The position numbers were made by a program, and so were the translations under genes. A stretch of DNA of 64,000 nucleotides from an uncultured delta proteobacterium. Its GTDB lineage: Bacteria; Myxococcota_A; Polyangia; Polyangiales; Polyangiaceae. Below the pieces are notes generated by a model. It was not told the DNA's origin. It searched no databases and worked only from the letters and a program-made list of their open reading frames with translations. Of the stretch, positions 39,670-48,573 are shown one piece after another (the stretch's first letter is position 1; every line of letters starts with the position of its first letter). Where the stretch lies: assembly GCA_963782055.1 (NCBI GenBank), contig CAWAIF010000003.1, positions 4,352,001 to 4,416,000 of the forward strand, read 5' to 3'.

Positions 39670-41862
39670 GTGTTCAACCACTGGTTCCCCGATTACTTCC
39701 CGATCCGGGACCCGGTGCTCATCTTCGCGATCGTCCTGATCCTCTTTCTGGGGTCGCCCATCGCGATGGCGCGCTTCCGCCTGCCCGGGATGATCGGCCT
39801 GCTGCTCGCGGGCGCCATCCTGGGCCCGCACGCGCTGGGCATCCTGGCGCGCGACGCCTCCTTCGTGCTGCTCGGCGCGGTGGGGCTCATCTACATCATG
39901 TTCACCGCGGCGCTGGAGGTGGACCTCTCCGCCTTCCGCAAGCACGGGGTGCAGAGCGTCATCTTCGGCATCCTCACGTACATGCTGCCGCAGGGCCTGG
40001 GCACGCTCATGGCCCACTACCTGCTCGGCTTCAAGTGGCCGCCGGCGATCCTGCTCGCCAGCATGTTCGCGTCGCACACGCTGCTCGGCTACCCCATCGT
40101 GAGCCGCCTCGGGCTTTCGTCGAACAAGGCGGTGACGGCGACGGTCGGCGGCACCATGATCACCGACACCGCCGCGCTGCTCACCCTGGCGGTGATCGCC
40201 GGCATGTCCACCGGCGAGGTGAACGAGGCGTTCTGGTGGCGGCTGGGCGTCTCCCTCACCCTCTTCGTCGCCGCCATCCTCATCGGCCTGCCCATGCTCG
40301 GGCGCCGCTTCTTCCGGCGCTTCGCCGAGGACGGGCCGGGCCAGTTTGTCTTCGTGCTCACCTCGGTGTTCCTGTGCGCGGCGCTCTCGCACGTGGCGGG
40401 CCTGGAGCCCATCGTCGGGGCGTTCCTCGCCGGGCTCGCCCTCAACCGCCTCATCCCGCACCAGAGCCCGCTGATGAACCGCCTCACCTTCACCGGCGAG
40501 GCCATCTTCATCCCCTTCTTCCTGCTCTCCGTCGGCATGCTGCTCGACGCGCGCGTGCTCTTCGGCGGGCTGGAGACGTGGGCGGTCGCCATCGGCATGA
40601 CGGTGACGGCGGTGGTGGCGAAGTACCTGGCCGCGAGCACGGCGCGCGTGCTCTTCCGCTTCCGCAAGGAGGAGGGCCGCGTGATGTTCGGCCTGAGCGT
40701 GGTGCAGGCCGCGGCGACGCTCGCGTCGGTCATGGTGGGCAACCGCATCGGGCTCTTCGACGACGCGGTGGTCAACGGCACCATCATCATGATCCTCATC
40801 ACCTGCATCCTGGGGCCGGCGATCGTGTCCAAGTACGCGCCGGCGATGGCGGAGGCGGAGGCCCGGGAGAAGAAGGACCCCGCGGCGGCGCGCGGCGTGC
40901 TGGTGCCGCTCATGGCCGCCGACCAGGCCGAGGCGGCGATGGAGCTCGCCCTGCTGCTGCGAGGCGACGACAAGAAGGAGCCGCTCTACCCGGCCTTCGT
41001 CGCGGCGGAGGGCGGCGACGTGGCCGGGGCGATGGCCGCCGCCGACAAGATCCTCGCGCCGGCGGTGGCGCAGGCGAGCGCGGCGGATTGCCCGGTGGTG
41101 CCGGTCAAGCGGGTGCACAACGACCCGGGCCGCACGCTCGTGCGCACGCGCAAGGAGCTGGGGGTCAAGCACGTGGTCGTGCCGTGGGACGCCGCGCCGA
41201 GCAAGGGCGCGCCGGTCCCGGGGAGCTCCACCGCGCCGCCGCCCTCGGTCGCGCCGGCGGGTGGGGGGCAAGGCGAGCGGGTGCGCATGGGCCACGTCGT
41301 CGACGAGCTCACCGCCGACGCCGGGGTGAACCTCTTTCTCGGCCGGCTGCCCCACCCGCTCGGGACGTGCAGCCGGGTGGTGCTGCTGGTGCCCCCGCAC
41401 GCGGTCTCCGGCGAGGGCTTCCGGGGCGGGGCGGAGACGCTGGCGCACCTGTGCAAGGCCCTCGGCGCGTCGCTGGTGGTGATCGGCCCCGACCAGGACG
41501 CCGCGCTGCTCAAGGAGGCGCTCGGCCACGGCGGCGACCTTCGCCTGGAGCTGGTGCCGTACGCGAGCTCCCGCGCGTGGCTGCCGCTGATGACCGACCA
41601 CGTCCGGCCCGCCGACCTCGTCGTGCTTTACGGCGTGCGCGAGCAGGAGCCCGCCTTCTCGGCGGAGTACCGCGACTTCGCGCTGCGCGTCTTCTTCCGC
41701 TACCCGGACAACAATCTCATCGTCTTCTACCCGGTGGCGCCCTCGGCGGCGGCGGCGGCGGCGCTCGCCCCGGCGGCCGTGCCCGAGCCGGCGCCCGTCA
41801 CGCAGCCCATGCCGCAGCGGACGGTGGTGATGCGCCCGACCGGACCGAAGCAGGGCTCCTGA
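39670..41862 (+). CDS. Cation:proton antiporter (CPA2) with USP-like C-terminus
   Basis: About 12 TM; GAFLAG; IPFFLLSVG; soluble C-terminal domain. Confidence 0.85.
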   Translation: MFNHWFPDYFPIRDPVLIFAIVLILFLGSPIAMARFRLPGMIGLLLAGAILGPHALGILARDASFVLLGAVGLIYIMFTAALEVDLSAFRKHGVQSVIFGILTYMLPQGLGTLMAHYLLGFKWPPAILLASMFASHTLLGYPIVSRLGLSSNKAVTATVGGTMITDTAALLTLAVIAGMSTGEVNEAFWWRLGVSLTLFVAAILIGLPMLGRRFFRRFAEDGPGQFVFVLTSVFLCAALSHVAGLEPIVGAFLAGLALNRLIPHQSPLMNRLTFTGEAIFIPFFLLSVGMLLDARVLFGGLETWAVAIGMTVTAVVAKYLAASTARVLFRFRKEEGRVMFGLSVVQAAATLASVMVGNRIGLFDDAVVNGTIIMILITCILGPAIVSKYAPAMAEAEAREKKDPAAARGVLVPLMAADQAEAAMELALLLRGDDKKEPLYPAFVAAEGGDVAGAMAAADKILAPAVAQASAADCPVVPVKRVHNDPGRTLVRTRKELGVKHVVVPWDAAPSKGAPVPGSSTAPPPSVAPAGGGQGERVRMGHVVDELTADAGVNLFLGRLPHPLGTCSRVVLLVPPHAVSGEGFRGGAETLAHLCKALGASLVVIGPDQDAALLKEALGHGGDLRLELVPYASSRAWLPLMTDHVRPADLVVLYGVREQEPAFSAEYRDFALRVFFRYPDNNLIVFYPVAPSAAAAAALAPAAVPEPAPVTQPMPQRTVVMRPTGPKQGS

Positions 41863-41865
41863 CGC

Positions 41866-42261
41866 TCAGCCCTTCCCCAGCAACACCGCGGCCGTGAGCA
41901 CGACGACGACGGCGAGCGCGACGCCGACGAACTTCCAGTCGCGCTCGCGCGACCAGATGCCGACCAGCGCGACGACGCGGACCATGGGCGTGAGGCCGAG
42001 CACGGCGACGCCCAGCGCGGTGAGCAGGAGGCCGGTGTCGTGCTGCGAGAAGATGGCGAAGAGGGGCACGGCCGGCGCCTGCGCCTGGCCGGAGATCAGG
42101 TGGAGCAGGACGCCCGCGGCCATCAGCACGCTGGCGACGAGAAGCCCGCCGCGCAGGATCATCTGCACGATGCGGTGCTCGCCCCTGGACGACGACTCGG
42201 CCGCGGCCTCCTGCGGCGTCTCCGCTTCCTCCGGTGTCTCGCTCCCGGTCATCGCATCCAC
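41866..42261 (-). CDS. DUF1634 membrane protein
   Basis: LGLTPMVRV, ERDWKF; coupled to the TauE gene. Confidence 0.75.
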   Translation of the reverse strand: MDAMTGSETPEEAETPQEAAAESSSRGEHRIVQMILRGGLLVASVLMAAGVLLHLISGQAQAPAVPLFAIFSQHDTGLLLTALGVAVLGLTPMVRVVALVGIWSRERDWKFVGVALAVVVVLTAAVLLGKG

Positions 42262-43091
42262 CCGCTGCCCTTGAGGAGCATCTGCAGCGCCACGCCGACG
42301 AGCACCACGGCGAGCACGTAGCGCAGTGCCTTGGGGTGCACGCGCTGGGCGAGGCGGGTGCCCGCGAGCGAACCGACGATGACGCCCAGCACCACCGGCG
42401 CGGCGATGGTCGGGTGCACGTAGCCGCGGGCGAAGTACACGACCAGGCTCGCCACCGCCGTCACGCCGATCATGAAGTTGCTGGTGGCCGCGGCGACGCG
42501 GATGGGCACGCGCATGCCCAGGTTCATCGCGGGGACCTTGAGGAACCCGCCGCCCACGCCGAGCATGCCGGAGACCGCGCCGGCCAGGAGCGCGATGGAG
42601 CTCCCGATGGCGAGGCGCTCGGCGCGGTAGTGCACGAGCTGCCCCTCCCGCTGGTCGAAGTAGGCGCCGGCCAGGGCGCCGCGCTCCTCGTAGCCGTGGG
42701 CGGTGGTGGCGCCGCCGCCCGCCGCCTTCTTCTTCGCCGAGTCGCGCCCGGCGATCATGAGCACCGACGTGACGATGAGCATCAGGCCGAAGGCCACCTG
42801 GAGCGCCGAGACCGGGATGAGCACCGCGACCAGGCCGCCGGTGATGCCGCCCAGGGTGGTGGTGACCTCCAGCGCCATCCCCAGGCGCATGTTGGTGAGG
42901 CCCGAGCCTACGTAGACACCGCCGGCGGCGGTGGAGGTGGCGATGACCGAGACGAGCGACGTCGCCACCGCGATGCGCACGTCGATGCCGAACGCCAGCG
43001 AGAGCACCGGCACCAGGATGACGCCGCCGCCGATGCCGACGAGCGCACCGAGCACGCCCGCGAACACGCCCACGAGGGCGAGGAGCAGCAT
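42249..43091 (-). CDS. Sulfite exporter TauE/SafE family protein
   Basis: GIGGGVILVP, GVGGGFLKVP, AATSNFMIGVT. Confidence 0.9.
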   Translation of the reverse strand: MLLLALVGVFAGVLGALVGIGGGVILVPVLSLAFGIDVRIAVATSLVSVIATSTAAGGVYVGSGLTNMRLGMALEVTTTLGGITGGLVAVLIPVSALQVAFGLMLIVTSVLMIAGRDSAKKKAAGGGATTAHGYEERGALAGAYFDQREGQLVHYRAERLAIGSSIALLAGAVSGMLGVGGGFLKVPAMNLGMRVPIRVAAATSNFMIGVTAVASLVVYFARGYVHPTIAAPVVLGVIVGSLAGTRLAQRVHPKALRYVLAVVLVGVALQMLLKGSGWMR

Positions 43092-43278
43092 GGTGGTGAG
43101 CGACAGCGTCAGGGGACCCGCCTCCGGCTCATGAGTGCCTCCTTCCTATCAGCTTCGCGGCCGTGGTGCGACGATTCCTCCCGCCGCCGAGCCGGGACGC
43201 GGCCGCTCCGCAGGACGGGCAAAGCATGCGTGGGTGAGATGCATCTCGTCGCCGGAGCGGTTCGCTTCCGCCCGACCG

Positions 43279-44913
43279 CTACAGGCACTCCGGCTTGGGG
43301 ATCCGCATACCCTGCGCGTCGAGGACGTACGGCGGATTGCAGTGGCCGGTCGGCTTCACGGCGTGATGCGTGGTGGTCTTGACCACCGGCTTGGGCGCGG
43401 TCGCGGTCGCGGTGACCGGCGGCGTGACGGTCGCCTTCGCGGTGGCCGGCGGAGGCGACGTCTCCGCGGCGGTGACCGGCGGCGCTGCGACGGCCGGGGC
43501 GGTGCCCGTGAGCGGCGGCGCCGCGGCGGTGTGCGCCGGCAGCTCCACCGCACGGGTCGTGGGGGTCGGCGGCGGGGGCGCCGTGGCCACCGGGGCGGAC
43601 GTCGCGGGCACCACCGGCGGCGACGACGCCACGCTGCGGTGCCTGGCCAGCACGACGTAGCCCGCCGTGCCGGCCACCAGCATGAACGCGCCCACCAGGA
43701 CGGCGCCGATCCAGATGGGGACGGGGGTCCGCAGGCCCGGCGGCGACGCCACGCTGAAGTCGGTCACCTGCGAGGTGGGGGCGGGCAGCGGTCCGGAGGA
43801 CGGCGGCGGCGGCGCGGGAGGGAGGGAGTACGCGCGCGCCGTCGTGGGCGCCTCCGATGCGTCCTCTGCTTCCTCCGCCACCTCCATGGCCTGGGAGGCA
43901 CGGGCCACCAGAGCCGCGGAGATGGCGGGCGTCTTGCTCTCCATCTCCGCCACGCTCGCCTCCCGCTTCAGGAAGGACTTCCCCGCGAGCTGGCGCACCA
44001 GCTCCGCCACCTGACCGGGCGTGGCGTACGCCACGCGCTGCGCGTGCTCCGCCATCTCCCACGCCGTGGCGAAGCGCTGGTCGGGATCCTTCGCCAGGCC
44101 GCGCATCACCAGCGCGTCCACCTCCGGCGGGAGACCGGGCACGTGGACGCTCGGCGGGTCCACCTTCGCCTGGACGATCCGCTGCAGCGTGCGCACCTCG
44201 TTGCCGGCGTCGAAGAGGCGGCGGCCGACGAGCATCTCCCACAGCACGACCGACGCGGCGTACACGTCGCTCCGCCCGTCGATGGTATCGACGCTGATCT
44301 GCTCCGGCGACATGTAGGCGATCTTGCCCTTGAGCGTGCCGTCCTGCGTCGTCTGGAGCCGGCCGACCGCCTTCGCCACGCCGAAGTCCACGACGCGCGC
44401 GACGCCGTCGATACCCACCAGCACGTTCTGCGGCGACACGTCGCGGTGGACGATGTGCAGCGGCCGCCCGTGGTCGTCCTTCGCCTCGTGCGCGGAGTGC
44501 AGTCCGTACAGGACGTTGGCGATGATGCTCATCGCGTGCGGCACCGGGATGCCCCCGCCCGTCGCCGCCCGCGAGGCGCGCATGAGGCGCGAGAGCGACT
44601 CGCCGTGCACGTAGTCCATCACCACGAAGAGCTCACCCTTGAGCACCACCACGTCGAGGGTGGACACCACGTTGGGGTGGCGGATGCGCGCCGCCACGCG
44701 CGCCTCGTCCAGGAACATCGCGACGAACTCGGGGTCCCTCGCGAAGTGGGGGTGCAGCCGCTTGATGGCCACCGTCCGCGCGAAGCCGACGGGCCCCATC
44801 AGGCGTCCCAGGTGCACCGTCGCCATGCCGCCGGAGGCGATGGCGTCGCAGAGCATGTAGCGCCCGACAATCCGCCCGTCCTGGATGCCGTCGGGGTCCA
44901 TCGTCGGGCTCAT
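43279..44913 (-). CDS. Membrane Ser/Thr protein kinase
   Basis: ASGGMA, VAIKR, HRDVSPQN, DFG, KGKIAYMSPEQ; TM and Pro/Thr-rich tail. Confidence 0.92.
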   Translation of the reverse strand: MSPTMDPDGIQDGRIVGRYMLCDAIASGGMATVHLGRLMGPVGFARTVAIKRLHPHFARDPEFVAMFLDEARVAARIRHPNVVSTLDVVVLKGELFVVMDYVHGESLSRLMRASRAATGGGIPVPHAMSIIANVLYGLHSAHEAKDDHGRPLHIVHRDVSPQNVLVGIDGVARVVDFGVAKAVGRLQTTQDGTLKGKIAYMSPEQISVDTIDGRSDVYAASVVLWEMLVGRRLFDAGNEVRTLQRIVQAKVDPPSVHVPGLPPEVDALVMRGLAKDPDQRFATAWEMAEHAQRVAYATPGQVAELVRQLAGKSFLKREASVAEMESKTPAISAALVARASQAMEVAEEAEDASEAPTTARAYSLPPAPPPPSSGPLPAPTSQVTDFSVASPPGLRTPVPIWIGAVLVGAFMLVAGTAGYVVLARHRSVASSPPVVPATSAPVATAPPPPTPTTRAVELPAHTAAAPPLTGTAPAVAAPPVTAAETSPPPATAKATVTPPVTATATAPKPVVKTTTHHAVKPTGHCNPPYVLDAQGMRIPKPECL

Positions 44914-45123
44914 CGCCGCCCTGGCCCGTCCGGCCTCACCACGCGCTCACGCCGGTGACCATCGAGTGCAGGCCCACGCTGCCGCAGCAGGCACCGACCG
45001 ACCCGGCCAGCGCGATGACCTTCCTTACCCGCACCTTGCAAGGGTCGCACGGAGGGGGGCGCCGCACAAGCCGACCCCGTCGCGCCGGGCGTGCGTTTGG
45101 GATAGTCTCGGAGCACGCTCGCG

Positions 45124-48100
45124 ATGGTCCCCGCCCCGCTCACCGACGCGCTCCGGACGCTCGCCACTGCCGCGGCGACACCCGAGCAGGAAGCGGAGCT
45201 GCGCCGCCGCTGGGGGCCGGGCGCGAGGACCGGCGAGCCTCTCGCCGCGCTCCCGGACGACGTGCGCGCCGCCGCCAATCTCGCGGGCGCGGAGCTCCCG
45301 GCGCTGACGCGGACCGACGACACGCTGGCGGCGCTCGCCGCGCTGGTGAGCGGGCCGGAGGGCGCGGCCCTCCTCGCGTGGTGTGGGTCGAGCACCTGGC
45401 GCCGCGACGTGACGATGGCGCCGCTCCTGAAGGCCGCCGCCAAACAGGAGGCCCTCGCCGCGGGCGGGGTCGCCGCGGCGCGCGCCCGGGTGGTGCTGGG
45501 GCCGCTGGCCGACGCGCTCGCGTGCGCCCCGCTGCTGGGCGACGGCGCCGCCCTGGCCGCCCCGGAGAACGCGGAGGCCCGCGCGCGCCTGGAGATCCTG
45601 GTGTGGGAGGCGGGCTCGAGCGCCCTGGAGGTGCCCGACCTGGGGCCGTGGCTCTGGGGATCGCGGTCGACCTTCGAGGTGATGATCCACCAGCCGGCGC
45701 GCGGCAGCCTGCGCGGCCGGGTGCTCGCCGCGCGGTGCCTCGAGGTGAGCGTCGGCGCGATGCCGGCGACGACCGACCCGGAGCTCATCGGCCTGACGCT
45801 CCAGGTGCTGCAGCCGCTGCTGCTGCACCCCGAGCCGCTCGTCTGGGTGCACGCCGCGCGCGCGCTCGGTCGGCTCACCGGCGCCTTCGAGCAGATGGAG
45901 GGCACCCTGCTCGACTGGGTGCTCGGCGAGTCCACGCTGCTCCGCCAGCGGGCGATGACCGCCTTCGCGTCGCTGCCGGCGCGACGCCTCAAGCTGCTCG
46001 CGCCGCACCTGCTCGCCGTCATCCGCTCGCAAGAAGAGGAGCCGTGGGTGCTGGCGGCGGTCGCCGCGGCCACGCCCTACCTCTTCTTCGAGCGGCGGGA
46101 CATCTGGGATCGCCTCGCCGCGCGCATCCTCGACGGCGACGGCGGCGCGATCACCGCGCGCGCGCTGGCCAAGGGGCTCGCCTCGCTCTGGCGGCGCGGC
46201 CTGCAGCAGCCGGACGTGGAGAGCCCGCTCCGCGCCCTTCGCGAGATGGCGCGCCGCGCCCCCGACAACTCGCTCGACGAGCTGCGCCGCTGGATCGAGG
46301 TGACGGCGGTGACCGACGCCATCGACGGCGCCGAGCGCGATCCGCTCGACCTGGAGCTCGGCCTGGAGAACCTGGTGCGCGTGGCCGCGCAGTACGACGA
46401 CGAGGAGGCGGACGCCCGCTCGGCGCGCTTCGCCGGGTCGCTCGCCTCCGCGTTCCAGGAAGCGCGGCGGATGGCCGTCGGCACCGGCAGGCTGCGGCAG
46501 CGCGCCGCCGCCATCAACGCGCTGGAGGGGTGCGCGCGCGCCTTCGCCCTGCGCCTGTGGGCCCCGCTGCTGGCGACCCGCCCGGTGGGCACGCCAATCG
46601 AGGAGCCGGACCTGGCGGACACGTGGAAGATGCTCGCCAGCGCGCCGGCGGAGCTGCTCGATCTGGTCAAGGAGCGGCGGCAGCTCGCGGCGGGCGACAT
46701 GGAGCTCGACCTCCCGCTGGAGGTGCTGGCCATCCGCCTCGGCGGCTACGCCCTCGACGCGTGCGGGGAGGACGACGCCCTCGGGCCCGGCCGCGGCCCG
46801 ACGGCGCACGAGACCTGCCTCTGGCTGCGCAAGGTGGAGGGCCTGGCCGACGGCTCGCGCGAGCCGCCGCCGCCCCTCAAGAGCGCGCTCTCCAGCCTCT
46901 TCTGGCGCCTTGTCGACACCACGCAGGGCACCGCGCTCGGGGAGGTGGACGACGTGCGCTGGCTCGGCCCCTTCGCCGCCTGGTGGGCGCTGGTGATCGA
47001 CCGTCCGGCGATGCTCCTGCAGCTCGCCACCGCGCTGCCCATGCTCCTTCCGGAGGCGCTCTCCCTCTGCTGCGAGCGCGCGGAGGCGCTGCGCACCGCG
47101 GTCTCCTCGAGCGAGGGCGAGGGCAAGTGGGGGCCGGCCGCGACCGAGGCGCTCGTGTCGCTCCACGCCGGCGACTGCGAGCTCGCGCACTCTCTCGCCG
47201 CCCTCTCGCGCGCGCTCCAGGCGTTCGGCGCGGCGGGCGGCAACCGCCCCAACCTGGACGGCCTCTGTCTGGACCTGGTGCTCGCCGCCAACCGCCTCCA
47301 CGGCGCGCTCGCCAACCCGGTCAAGGCGCTGCATCCCACGCCGGACAACGGCGACGACGACTCCCTCGCCCGCGCCGAGACGGAGAACGCGCCGCGCGTG
47401 GCGGCCCTCGTCGCGCGATCCATCCGCGCGCGCGACACCACGATGCTGGACGTCTGGTTCGCCTCGCTCGGCCCGGTCACCTCCGCTCTGCTGGAGGCCG
47501 CCGTCTCCGGCGCGATCCGCCGCACGCCGCCCCCCCCGCCGGCGCCCAAGAAGGCCGAGCCCAAGGTCATCGAGGGCTACGAGCTGGTGAAGCCCATCGG
47601 CGAGGGCGGCATCGGCTCGGTGTGGCTGGTGCGCAAGCCCGGCGCCGACCGCCTCTTCGTCCTGAAGATCCCCAAGGCGGAGGCGCTGACCACCGCCACG
47701 CCGACCGAGCGCGACGGCATCCTCGCCTCCTTCATCGAGGAGGCCAAGGCGCTGGCCGGCCTCTATCACCCCAACGTCGCCAACATCATCGACCGCGGCG
47801 TCTCCAGCGGCGTGCCCTTCCTGGTGCTCGAGTACCTGATCGGCGCCGACCTCAAGCAGTACTCCGACGCGCGCCGCATGACCCTCTTCGAGCTGCGCCA
47901 GGTGGTGCAGGAGGCATGCGCCGGCCTCTCCGCGCTGCACGGCGCCGGCCTGGTGCACCGCGACATCAAGCCGGCCAACATCTGGCTGCGCCTCCCGCTC
48001 CGCGGCGGGGAGAGGTTCGACCCGGCGAAGCACCGCGATCCGGCGCGCGCGCAGCCCCTCGCCGCGGTGGTCATCGACTTCGGCATGGTGCGCGCCATCC

Positions 48101-48441
48101 GCGTGCCGCAGGAGAGCAGCGGGCGCTTCGTCGCGGGCACCGCCGGGTACATCGCGCCGGAGCAGGTGCTCGACCCGGTGGAGCTGGACGGGCGCGCCAA
48201 CCTCTACTCTCTCGCCGGCACCATCTACAACGTGACCACCGGACGCGCCTTCTTCGATGAGATCGAGAGCCCGCGCGATCGCATCATCGCCCACATGCGC
48301 CGCGATCCCTTCGAGGACATGGGCCGGCTACGCGTCTTCCCCCAGGCCGTGGCCAGGATGCTGCGTGCGGCGACGGTGAAGAACCCGCTCGACCGCCCCA
48401 CACCGATGGAGTTCGGCCGGGAGTTCGCCGCCGCGATCTGA
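45124..48441 (+). CDS. Large helical N-terminal region + C-terminal Ser/Thr kinase
   Basis: GEGGIG, VLKIPK, HRDIKPAN, DFG, GTAGYIAPE in the last ~300 aa. Confidence 0.85.
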   Translation: MVPAPLTDALRTLATAAATPEQEAELRRRWGPGARTGEPLAALPDDVRAAANLAGAELPALTRTDDTLAALAALVSGPEGAALLAWCGSSTWRRDVTMAPLLKAAAKQEALAAGGVAAARARVVLGPLADALACAPLLGDGAALAAPENAEARARLEILVWEAGSSALEVPDLGPWLWGSRSTFEVMIHQPARGSLRGRVLAARCLEVSVGAMPATTDPELIGLTLQVLQPLLLHPEPLVWVHAARALGRLTGAFEQMEGTLLDWVLGESTLLRQRAMTAFASLPARRLKLLAPHLLAVIRSQEEEPWVLAAVAAATPYLFFERRDIWDRLAARILDGDGGAITARALAKGLASLWRRGLQQPDVESPLRALREMARRAPDNSLDELRRWIEVTAVTDAIDGAERDPLDLELGLENLVRVAAQYDDEEADARSARFAGSLASAFQEARRMAVGTGRLRQRAAAINALEGCARAFALRLWAPLLATRPVGTPIEEPDLADTWKMLASAPAELLDLVKERRQLAAGDMELDLPLEVLAIRLGGYALDACGEDDALGPGRGPTAHETCLWLRKVEGLADGSREPPPPLKSALSSLFWRLVDTTQGTALGEVDDVRWLGPFAAWWALVIDRPAMLLQLATALPMLLPEALSLCCERAEALRTAVSSSEGEGKWGPAATEALVSLHAGDCELAHSLAALSRALQAFGAAGGNRPNLDGLCLDLVLAANRLHGALANPVKALHPTPDNGDDDSLARAETENAPRVAALVARSIRARDTTMLDVWFASLGPVTSALLEAAVSGAIRRTPPPPPAPKKAEPKVIEGYELVKPIGEGGIGSVWLVRKPGADRLFVLKIPKAEALTTATPTERDGILASFIEEAKALAGLYHPNVANIIDRGVSSGVPFLVLEYLIGADLKQYSDARRMTLFELRQVVQEACAGLSALHGAGLVHRDIKPANIWLRLPLRGGERFDPAKHRDPARAQPLAAVVIDFGMVRAIRVPQESSGRFVAGTAGYIAPEQVLDPVELDGRANLYSLAGTIYNVTTGRAFFDEIESPRDRIIAHMRRDPFEDMGRLRVFPQAVARMLRAATVKNPLDRPTPMEFGREFAAAI

Positions 48442-48490
48442 AGCGGCATCGCCTCGTCGCCGGCGCGCTCGTCGGGATCCTCCCGCCCGG

Positions 48491-48512
48491 GGTGTGCCAC
48501 GCATGGCACACC
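48491..48512. promoter_or_regulatory. Perfect inverted repeat (operator or hairpin)
   Basis: GGTGTGCCA-CGCA-TGGCACACC between the kinase and beta-propeller genes. Confidence 0.4.
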
Positions 48513-48573
48513 GGCCTTCGCGGAAATTCCGGCGTTTCTCCCTGGTACGCCTCCTGCTCTGTCACCGGGCGAG

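Noticed and set aside
44955..48294. 1101-aa (+) and 1089-aa (-) ORFs
   Set aside because: Alternate-frame and antisense shadows of the 45124-48441 kinase; Arg/Gly/Ala-rich with no motifs
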